A stretch of 64,000 nucleotides of DNA, from the NCBI RefSeq assembly GCF_022045235.1, contig NW_027266271.1, forward strand, positions 26,908,001-26,972,000, in the 5' to 3' direction. Below the pieces are notes generated by a model, which was not told the origin of the DNA, did no database searches, and saw only the letters and a list, made by a program, of their open reading frames with translations. Shown here piece by piece: positions 1 to 11,100 of this stretch. The stretch comes from Haliotis cracherodii. Taxonomy: Eukaryota. The first letter of the stretch is position 1. Each line of letters opens with the position of its first letter. A program made the translations under genes and the position numbers.

Positions 1-896
1 AATGAAATTAGTACCGACAATGTGAACTCAAGTGAAACATCGCTATCATTTATTTTCTAAGTGAATACTTAACAATTCACCATAAAAAAAATATTACATA
101 GATTTTCAGTGACCCAATCATATATATTTTACCGCTGTTGTCCCTTTTACGCCCAATGGAATCTGTTTCGGGATAATCGAGACGGATTAATATTCTCTGG
201 CGTTGGTGTTTCATATGTGACACAGCAAAGACTCCATAACCAATGAGTATTCCATTCAAAATGCTTTTATTCAACCATGTACCGTTCGTTCACAATAGGG
301 TCTAGATACCTGTGTTCTTTGATTTTAAGGGTGTCTTAACAAAGCCAGTCCCATAATTATACAGAGCATGCTGTCAAACGCTAATTAATCGTGAATGTAT
401 TTGTAATGCTTGTTGTCGTTTAAAACAAGAAAATGAAAATTGTTTTCGTTTTGGAGCTGCTGCACTTCTCTGTTTGGACCGAAGAGGACCAGTCATTTCA
501 TCTTCACATTGAAGAACCATTGCCGGGTGGATCCGGAATTTGAAATTTTGGATATGGCATCTTAAATACAATTGAACTCTCTGTGGATTGTATGCTTTTT
601 GTTATGATGCACATTGTATGTTTGTTGTCAAGGCTAGTTTTAACATGAATTCACGATGGACAGATATCAACGTGAGACGGGTCCATCGTTATCCAAGCAG
701 CAAGTTGGCCAGGATATTTTTCGGAGAAGGTTAAACCAGGATGTCACTTGATCGTTTTGTTAAATCACATCCTGAAACAGTAAATAACATATAAAGTACA
801 AGGCATGTGCACTGCGACACAAGCATCGCTTCCTGTATATATAATCCAGGAAATATACTGCTCAGCTTTGTTTCTCATTCTGACAATATTTCTTTC

Positions 897-3800
897 CTAG
901 AACGACCAAATCATATTCTTTTGGAAACTCTTTTGTTTTGACGACATATTCATTTCGGTCACTGCATCAAATTCTTTTCTCAAGCATTTTTTGTGTGTGT
1001 TCTGAAAAAATAGGTATATCGTCGTTGAGGAAGATGTATCAAAAGAAGCTACATGTATCTAAGGAAAAAGGATACATATTGCTTCCAACACAACATTTAG
1101 ATTTATACTGGTAAGGTAATCTAAAAGATACTGTAAATCGTGAAATTAATGCGTCTCCAAAAGAATGCGACCACTAGACCCTAGACCCTAGACTCAATAT
1201 GAATGCAACACCCCCTCCTCTCAAGCATCAGTGGATTTATATCTAAAGATGTCCTCAGTCATGTTTAGAATCCTCACCTTAATCCAACCTTACATTAATC
1301 CAATCACACGCCAAATAGCACCTTTTATTACATGGAAATATCTTGAAGTAAAAAATACGTTACCATACAATGGTTACAGTATTCATTGAACAATATGACT
1401 TCAGCGGGGCACAGGAGGCCCAGTTGCTAAAGGCGCGCCCTTAATCGTGTCAGAAACTTGATATTAGGTTTAAATCTCCGATACACACTGTTTGTGTTAA
1501 TATGTTTGTTTAAGACGCCGCATTTCGCTATGCAGAATTGTCTCCCTTAAGTGAGTGAGTATGTTTTAACACCGCTTTTAGCAATATTCCAGCAATATCA
1601 CGGCGGGGGACACCGGGCTTCACACATTGTACCCATGTCGGAAATCGAACCCGGGTCTTCGGCGTGACGAGCGAATGCTTTAACCACTAGGATACCCGAC
1701 CGCCCCGTATCCCTTAAGCGTGTCAGGAACTTGATATTAGGATTCGATGCCAGATACACCCTGTTTGGTGTTTATAGGTTTGTCGAAGGTCTCGCATTTC
1801 GCTGAGCAGAGTTGACTCACTCAAGCGTGCCATAAGCCTGATCTTAGGTTCGGGTCCCCGATATACTGCTTGTGTTGCTATGTTTGTGGGAAAAGGTTCG
1901 GGTCCCCGATGTACTGCTTATGATGCTATGTTTGTGGGCAATACACCAATGTGGTGCACGTCCTGCATAATTCCGGCCTTCCTTCCACATTAAGTTGACA
2001 CGCCGTCATATAAGTGGAGAACTGTTCAAAGCGGAGATAACCTTGACTCACTCAATATGACATAAGCGATCATTAACAAAGCAATGCCTGGAAATGCCTC
2101 AGATAATGTCGAGAGTTGTCGGCCCTTGTCGTGACTCATTACTTGAGTTGGAAAGTATGGGGGCTGAAATAAGAAAACGTGAACAATAGCACAGGTACAT
2201 ACCTGTTTTCTCCATGGAAGAAAATTCTCACTGCCCCCATAATCATAATGGATTTCTTCACCGGCAAGTATTGATCTCAATGCAAAGAAACTAACGTGAG
2301 GTTCCCCGTCCACAAAGATCGTCCTTGACCTTATATTTGGGATTCTCCATTCATCGTTGATAAGTCTCCCATAAGAACCATCTTCGTCTGACGCATCAAC
2401 CCTTGGAATATGAAATAGGGCGGAAATATTTGAGAATTAACTTCACTTTGTGTGTGTTCAATGGAGTATGAAACTTCATGTGTTGGCATGGTTGATCGAT
2501 GGTATACCATTCGCCAACCTCAAACACAGTGCCTGATCCACCATTCTGTTGACACATTCGGTTCACAGTAAATACACCTTCGTTTTCAGTTGGGTTTTTT
2601 CTGTGAAATGCTTACGCCTACAATTAATCTTGGTATTTAATATGTGTTTTTCCTTTCATATTTCCAGTCCAGACAGCCATCTAAAACACAGTGAACATGA
2701 TTCACTTTCTGCGAAAACAAAATTGAACTACTTGATTCGTATCTGTATCGTATTCACGTCATATATTGTACTTATAGCAAGTCTCTTTACGGTCTCTTCA
2801 TGGTTAAGTTAGCGGGAAGTTTAGGATAGAAACCATACCAACTCGCAATGCTCCTAATTAGAACACTTACCAAAACCGTGTACTGCGATGGATTATTTGA
2901 AATGTGTAGGTGTTGTCGTCTATATCTGGTTCTATGAGGTCCCGTATTCCATTGTAATACGTTACGTATTCGCCTCGAGCAATGTAAGTATTTGCAACTA
3001 TCCCTCTCCCTGTGAGGTAAAAGATGAAATTATAATGACAAAACGTAAATTTGTTCTTAAAATTAAGAGAAAATGTCATCATTTGCATTCACTTCTAACG
3101 CTTACGCATTGGTGAATGCGTTTAGTTAGCGCAACTTTGAAACGTATTTCGGTTATATCATAGCGTGTCAGAGCTTGAAGTGAAACCCACGATCACAGGT
3201 ATAGAGTCGACAAACCAGGCAGCTTAATCAGGAAGCAGCGGGATTCGAACTCACTATCTAAAGTATATCCGAAAAGTTCTGGGTGGATTCGACTAGGCAG
3301 CGCTGTTACGACGTAAATTGTAATAACGCGGTGAAATATGGGCTGCGTGTAGAAGGGACAAGGACCCTCAGCTGACAATGTGCCTAACCAGCCTGACTGT
3401 GCCAGGATCACCCACAGCCTCTTTGCTGCATTTATATAATTAAATCTCTAAGAAGAAGAAGAAAACCCAGACCTTTAGGGCGTCCAAAATCAACAACACG
3501 AAGATACTCGGGAGAAATGTCAGAACGTCGAATGGCTGCCTTTGCTGCTGCTAGTCGTTGCTGCCATGGACATAGTTTTCCCTGAGGAGCAAACATGTAC
3601 GTATATAAGAAAGGATAGGATTTATCCAACTTCTAAAAACCTCTCAAAGAAGTTATGTACGTATGCATTGAAGGCCTGTCTTGAAAAAGAGGAGTCAGGA
3701 GAAGGACGGAAAATATGTCGGTATTATGGGCCCCGTCTTTAACTTCTAGGTAGTAGGGACCCGTGTTTAACTGCATGTGCCCTGAGAAGGAAACGTTTAG

Positions 3801-4942
3801 ATTGTGGGGACCCGTTTTTAACTGCAGGGGCCTTGAGAAGGAAACGTTTAGATTGTGAAACTGCAGGGGCCTTGAGAAGGAAACGTTTAGGTTGTGGGGA
3901 CCCGTCTATAACTGCAGGGACCTTGAGAAGGAAACGTTTAGGTTGTAGGAACCCGTCTATAACTGAAGAGGCCTTGAGAAGGAAACGTTTGGATTGTAGG
4001 AACCCGTCTATAACTGAAGAGGCCTTGAGAAGGAACGTTTGGATTGTAGGAACCCGTCTATAACTGAAGAGGCCTTGAGAAGGAAACGTTTGGATTGTAG
4101 GAACCCGTCTATAACTGAAGAGGCCTTCAGAAGGAAACGTTTAGATAGTAGGGACCCGTCTATAACTGCAGAGGCCTTGAAAAGGAAACGTTTAGGTTGT
4201 AGGGACCCGTCTATAACTGCAGAGGCCTTAAGAAACAAAAACATGAATTTCGTGAGGGTTCTTGAGAAGGAAACGTGTATGTATGTGTGATGCATGTGTC
4301 CTGAGAAGCTATGTACTTATAGCGCCCCGATGGCTTTGAGAAGCAAGAATTGTAGATATTGAGCACCCATCATGTCAATAAGTGCAACAAACCTCTTTCT
4401 AAAATAAGGATAAAAGAGCCCATCGTACGACTCCGAACATATTATAAGCACGTGTTTATGAATCATTATCAGATAGTGATATAAGACCAGGTGTTCGTGA
4501 AAAGGTGAGCCTATCCTGCCCAGCCCGTGTCACTCGTCGAAAACAGATGCAGAAACAATACAACAATACTATTATTTATCTTCTTCTTCTACTGAACAGT
4601 AGCGTTTTCTACTGAACAGTAACGACACTGGTGTATTGTTCTGGAAAAAAAGCAAATTATTATCTTATGTTCATTCACTGGTTTTCCTCACGAGCATTTC
4701 TTCTTATTGCACAGTGAACACGCATAATTTAATACAATGAAAACGACAAACCCACTTTCCATATTCCAATGATGTATAATACGAGCTCCCAGATGTATTA
4801 ATCGCATCACTTTCGCAACTCGAAACAGATCAACCAAGAAAACTGAGCGTGTAAGGCAAACCTCAAAACTATTCCTCGCTTGGCATCCACCAAGCTCCAA
4901 AATAATCCAGAAAGTGATTAGATATATGGCCAATCTTCTCAT
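897..4942 (-). CDS. Gene A: signal peptide + SETD8/KMT5A-like SET-domain protein (~210 aa, 5 exons)
   Basis: Exons 4942-4862 (MRRLAIYLITFWIILELGGCQARNSFE), 3581-3473 (GKLCPWQQRLAAAKAAIRRSDISPEYLRVVDFGRPK), 3009-2871 (GRGIVANTYIARGEYVTYYNG...RFW), 2401-2203 (VDASDEDGSYGRLINDEW...GEEIHYDYGGSENFLPWRKQ) and a tentative last exon 1001-897. All introns are GT-AG, phases 0/1/2/0, and the spliced frame is open. SET motifs GxG, YxG, RLIN, EIxYDY and post-SET PW are present. The last exon is less certain. Confidence 0.8.
1405..2054 (+). mobile_element. Degenerate tRNA-derived SINE with tandemly amplified ~110-bp internal segment, interrupted by a younger SINE
   Basis: tRNA-like head GGGGCACAGGAGGCCCAG, about three diverged repeats of CCCTTAA.CGTGTCAG..ACTTGATATTAGG, and a tail CCACATTAAGTTGACACGCCGT...ACTCACTCA shared with SINE family B. 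Confidence 0.55.
1551..1706 (-). mobile_element. tRNA-derived SINE, family A
   Basis: Reverse complement of the 63687 element, with A/B boxes, (CACT)n tail and TCCCTTAAG target-site duplication. Confidence 0.9.
3755..4275. repeat. 51-bp minisatellite (~10 units) in intron 1 of gene A
   Basis: Unit GAAGGAAACGTTTGGATTGTAGGAACCCGTCTATAACTGAAGAGGCCTTGA. One unit has a 12-bp deletion and one has a 1-bp deletion. Confidence 0.95.
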
Positions 4943-6100
4943 TTCCCACAGCTGGAATACACAACGGCCTTTAATCTGACATGTATATTGACATGCAGAA
5001 GACAGGCAGCGTTACCGTACAGATTATGAGAACATGCTTCAGTGCTGTAAAACTTCTCGTCATCTAATGTTATTTGCTTGCAGCGAAATTAACATTGAAA
5101 ATCCTTCTCTGTTTGGTTTTGTCGTCTTTGCTATTACTCACCAATCACTCCCCGTGTTATATTTTATCTGGAATGCGGTACCGAGGAACAAAGCCGATTT
5201 GTTTCTTGATACAGTCCAGGCTGACATGTTTCAACAATGGAGTTATCGACACTGGAACGCAGTGATGCTGCAGCTGTTGCATTGCGGCCTGTTGTACCAA
5301 GTATACGTCTCAAGTCGTTCAATAAGTGATTATTATTTCTATAGCATTCCATTTGTTCCTTGTGTTCTTATTGTAATGTAGATATTAATAGGTATCGACA
5401 ATTCATACGAAACGCAGCCCGGGGGCTTTCCTTGATCTGAACTATCTTATGTCTGACATCAAACACAAACATGCTTTTCTCTTCAACAATCTGATTTCTT
5501 TTCTGCAGAAAGATTAAACAGTAATTCATTTGGATTATGTCTGAGCGTACTGAGATCTCTAGAACAGCGATCCAATAACACAATGTTGCTTCTGCACATG
5601 TGTTTTGAGGATTTCGCAGCTTAAACGTGTAAATCAGCAATATCACGGCGGGGGACACCGGGCTTCACACATTGTGACCATGTCGGGAGTTCTTATAAGG
5701 GATCTTGTACAAGTGTGCCTTTGAAACTAGAAGCAAATCGTATTACCTATAGTTCGATGTAACATGTCTTGTGTCACACAAACGGTCAAAAAGGTAGATC
5801 GGACAAATACACCTTAAAGATGACGCAAAGCAAATACTGCAAGGAATAAGTCTAAAAAAGAGGCTTCATTGCAGTTAATAGTTATTTAGCTAGTTGGGCT
5901 CTTGGTCTCATATTAACTGTCGGACAAAAGAAAGTATACGCTTGAAAATTGGATTTGACAAAATATTAGCAAAAGTTATCGAAACGTTACTAGGGGGAAA
6001 ACAGTCGCTGAAACACTGAGGTCCAAAACACAACTGTGATACCTGTGTCACATGGTCCGGCAGTTTAGAGGACATCACGAAATCACGGTGGTACCACATA

Positions 6101-7036
6101 CAGTCGAACCCTGTTATCTCGAACCTAGAGGGGCTGTATTGTAACTTCGAGGTATTCGGACATTCGAGATAACGAGGCCTTACCATCCAAAGAGATCAAG
6201 TTACAGTATTATAGATACAAACAATACGATTGCATACACAAGGAATTACGAGCCCAGTACGTTTATGCGATGGCCATTTCATTTGTGACAAGGGGGCGGT
6301 CGGGTAGCCTAGTGGTTAAAGCGTTCGCCGAAGACCCGGGTTCGATTCCCGACATGGGTACAATGTGTGAAGCCCATTTCTGGTGTCCCCCGCCGTGATA
6401 TTGCTGGAATATTGCTAAAAGCGGCGTAAACCCATACTCACTCTCTCACTCACTCACTCACTCACTCACTCACTCACTCACTCATTTGTAACAAATAATG
6501 TATTTTATTAGGCACAGCAGCAATCGCTATTTAGCCTGTCCATTTGGCAAAAACAACAAAGTGCTACTCACACGTCAAGCTTGTTCATTCATAACATGGA
6601 TATTGCTTCACTCGGCTTTGATTGCTTTAATCCAACTTGGATTTATACTTTTTGAATGAAACCAGGAAGGGTCGCCATGCTTGTTTTCACTCATGTCGAC
6701 TCACGATGTTTTATTTGTTAATAAAGATTAACATTACTATTGGATTAAAAGATAAATACACAAGTGGTTGAACGAAGGTTTAAATTGCACTGTACTTTTA
6801 CAGCGATGTTGGGTGCCAGCTTCAAGATAAAGGAACATAATTCTAATGTAATGTCAAAGTTGTGACCGAGTCCAAGGTTCGAGATAGCGCTATGTATTGT
6901 TATCTCGATTTCGAGATAAGCAGGCAAATTTATATGCATTTATGTAGTGAGGCGGGACTGAGATTAGTGCCGAAGGATATGTTCAAGATATCGGTACATT
7001 CGTAATAACGGTGCTCGAGATAACGATGTTCGACTG
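6101..7036. mobile_element. Non-autonomous Tc1/mariner (pogo/Tigger-type) MITE
   Basis: TA|CAGTCGAAC...GTTCGACTG|TA terminal inverted repeats with TA duplication and internal TTCGAGATA subrepeats. Confidence 0.85.
6293..6484 (+). mobile_element. tRNA-derived SINE family A nested in the MITE
   Basis: GGGGCGGTCGGGTAGCCTAGTGG...GGTTCGATTCCC...(CACT)n. Confidence 0.9.
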
Positions 7037-8103
7037 TAGATAGGATTGATGTTATTTACTCGATTTTCTTACCTTTGTTAACGGTAGGTATTATATAATG
7101 TATTGAAACGTAAATGTTTCTTTTCATCAATATATAAATAATTGCTACTGATTTTTGTGTGGTGTCTGTTGTGGATTTTGTAACTTTTCTGATAACTATC
7201 GAATTCTAACTTCGACCCTGTGCAAACCATATACAGTGACTGGGTTGTGATTACCATGGCTTTGATCATGGCAAGTGTGGCAGCTAATATGTGTCGAAGC
7301 CCAAGTGTGGGGTGTCACAGATGTTTCTGACAAACTCTGTACAGTATGGTTCTGACAAACTAAAACTAATTATCAAACCCTGGCTATGAACAAACCCTGG
7401 CAGGGCTCAGGGACACAACAAAGCGAACTGCAGCACAAAAGTACATTGTTCACACCTGTCTCAGGGATTGATTGTTGATTGTATACACACGCATAGTGGA
7501 ACAAGGAACTATGTCGGGAAACTTCCGAAGTTGGTACATTTTGCTCACATTCACTTTGGATAAGTACATACAAAGAAAACACAAACAAGAGCATGTATAT
7601 TTACTCGATGTGGGTCCATGAGTGGGTGTATTATCATTCCCATTACTTCATAGAGGTAAAGTATTGCAAGGTACATCTTTTTCAAAATCGCTTATTTCGA
7701 TCTAACATGACAAGAAGTATATCATGAAAGGCTAACATTTATTCAGAAATTGTTTAAAAGAGTTACATGTAACCAATGATATTCAAATTCAGACCGCATT
7801 TAGGTTTTCATTATTCACAATGAAAGTGGAATCTGAGATTACATCCTGCTAGAATCAGGGACACTGACGGACTTCAGATAGACAGACTTTGTGCCGGATT
7901 TAAAAAAACACACACTTGTGTATAAGAGAATGGTAATTCCAGGTCCTCCAATGGTCGACTACCTTATTCAGTTTCCATATTCTCCATTTTAAAGAAGTAG
8001 AGTAACTGTAACTGACGCTCGTACATCTTTGAGGAAGATGACACATCTGATCGCGACTTGGAGCAGAGCTCCGGGAGCATCAAGTTGGGAGGGACTCCAA
8101 GAG

Positions 8104-11100
8104 TCACTGGTTGTCCTCATTTTCCAATTGGCATGTCGGCATGAATACTGTCTTCAAAAGATCTAACCACGTTCTTCTCTTTGACTGAGGATGCGTCCAT
8201 GTTTTCTGTGACTGAAATGTACAACATAGCTATCAACTGAAATATAGCAGATGTTGTCATTATCTGAGCCCCGATGAAGCATGGACAGGGATAATAAATG
8301 TATATGTACGATTCAGACTATACCATGAGCATCTGTTTTTGATTCACTATCAAAAAGTGATGATACCAGGTGTTCAAGAAAAGGTGAGCGTATACTGCTC
8401 TATCGCTGACACCCATCACAAACACATGCAAAGACAGTCAATTGTTTGCTTGAAACATCTCTGAAACATATGTCACAAGTCAAAATATGGAATTGCCTCG
8501 GTACAAGTATGGTACTAGTAGAATATGCATTAATAACGCTAAAGCGGAATTGACTATGCCATAACACTGGATCAAATACACATAAGTACATCAAGTACAA
8601 CCTTGCACTTATGTCCGAGATATAATAAAGAATAATGCATGCATTTTCTTAAACATGATCAAATCCCTATGCATTGTAAGGTACAAAACTTTAAACAAAA
8701 GAGCATCCATAATCATGGTATTCTAACTCGAATCGTATGAACCTTCTTCGGCCCTTAGATGGAAGTCCCTAGTACTTTATTGTTTGCCATAAGGAGCTAT
8801 TAGATTGGATCTTGTGGACAAGATGGTGGTCCTGTTGACTGCATGTCATCTGATCCCAACGGCTTTGGACATTGCTCAAAATCACCCACTGAATTTGTTT
8901 CTGATTCGACTATTTCAAGGGCGCCGTGGTATGGCAGGAATAGCAAACTCAACAAATTAAATGAAATTTTTGATCACATACTTTTTCATGGAGGTATGAA
9001 GGGGGTATGTCAGAACTTCGGTTGGCTTCTCTGTCCTCTGTTTTCAGTTGCTTCTTCTTCTGCGGGAAAGACATTTATAAAATACACTGTCGGGGTTTCA
9101 AACCATGGAATAGATACAATTAAAAGAAAATATGAAAGAGAAGTAGGACATTTCTATTGATAACGTTTAGGTATTAAGTAAACATTCGACCACTGACCAT
9201 TTTTCATAACGAACCTGTCGCCATGGGAAGGTAGTAGCCCCGTGTTTGTAGTTGAAACGGATCTCTTCACCAGTTCTTATGAATCTGCGGGCAAGAAAGG
9301 CTATGTGTGCTTCTCCATCAACAAAGAAAACTCTTGGTCGTGCATTTGGGGTAATCCATTCATCATTCAAAAGTCGACCATAAGACCCATCCTCTTCGGA
9401 AGCATCAATCCTTTTACAGTAAAACATATTATTGTCAAATACATACACTAACTGAAATATGTTTTTATTAAAGTTGTATTCTCCAAATATACGGGGGAGT
9501 GTATGTTTGTGGGGTGGGTGGGGTGTATTCTTGAGATGTCCCCTTGGATTAAAGGCATGATTCATAGTACGCTACCGACACCTCAAACAAAAAATACACA
9601 TGAAGTCTTGAAACACTTATCGTGAGCATTTACGGATAGTTAAGCAGAAACTTACCAAAAACTATTGCGATAATGGTTCAGTTGAAAGAGATAATCGTGG
9701 TCAAAATCATTCAGGTCTGGTTTCTCTGAACTGTGTATACCATGGTAATAGGTGATAAAATCACCAGGAGAAAACTCCTTGCCCGCAACTATTCCCCTTC
9801 CTGAAATCGAGACGGAAACATATTCATTATCAATAGAAACAGGGGTGTTTAAACTTGAAAAGCTGTGTTTAATCCGAGAACCATCCTGCCAACAGAGGGC
9901 ACTGGGTCTTTTATCCGGCCTTGACGGAAATAGCCGAACGTAAGATTGTCCGAATACTAATGTCACTTATGCGAGTGGTACTACATGTGTGATTCATAGT
10001 TCCAAAACTAATTGCTTGTCCGTTATCCCGGGACTAGCAATTTGTTTTTCGAGCCAGGAATTTCCAACTCTGTTTTTTTGGTGGCCCAATCCCCCAAGAC
10101 TGAAATTCAATGTGAAAAATGCTATCAAATGGCATGCCAAAATCCAAAATCGTGGTTTCGAACACCAGCATCGTTCACGACAAGCATCACTTCGGGCTTT
10201 CCTCCCACATTAAGCTGCCAGAGTGTGATATAACTGAGATATATCTTGAACGATGGTATTAGTATGATTACATGGAGGTTTAAACATTTCGTATTTAAGT
10301 TACAGATTTTTAAGGGATAATTTAACATTTACAAGATGCGACCGAACCTAGCATCAGGTGTACATCTAATAACAATATATGGTTGTCATGTGCTTTCCAA
10401 AGAAAGCAAATATGTTATATTCAGCAACCTTCTCATTGCTCAACCATTGAACTGATTAGTACTCAGGTAGGTGTTCAACAGCCAATGTCTTCAATGCACA
10501 TGTGCCAACAATATGCAGTGTATCACAACCTTTGTGAGGTCCGAAGTCCACTACGCGGAGGTATGACGGTGATATATCTGAATTGCGGATGGCTTCTCTT
10601 GCTTCTGCAAACGGATGCTTCTTCGGCTGTGGTAAAAAAGAAAAGCCAGAGAAAAACCAGTCACGTATATCTGCAAAAACAGATTCCACTGGGCGTAAAA
10701 GACGAACTAGTGGTGAACATTATCTGAATGAGTATGGGATATATACAAATACTATAACAGATTTATGTTCATTAGGTTCAGAATGAAGTTAACTTACGAC
10801 TATTTGTTATAACGAACCTGTCGCCATGGGAAGGTAGTAGCCCCGTGTTTGTAGTTGTAACGGATCTCTTCACCAGCTTTTATGACCTTGCGGGCAAGAA
10901 AGGCTATGTGTGCCTGACCATCAACAAAGAACACCCTTGTTCTTGCATTTGGAGTCTTCCAATCATCATTGAAAAATCGCCCGTAAGACCCATCCTCTTC
11001 GGAAGCATCGATCCTTTCAGAATTATATATGGTATTGCCTTTTAATGAGGTATTGATTACATTTGCTAGCAAGTTGTACAAATGGTTATCAAATATCGTG

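Noticed and set aside
3833-4295. Repeat ORFs as the N-terminus of gene A, or as an H4-tail/NLS mimic (RRKRL)
   Set aside because: Lies in the predicted intron, is frameshifted, hits stops before a usable donor, and the RRKRL frame is antisense to the gene.
7373-7594. ORF with hydrophobic start (MLLFVFSLYVLIQSECEQ) as another leader exon
   Set aside because: Does not fit the 27-codon GAG|gt pattern, has only a weak donor and has no dedicated downstream SET exons.
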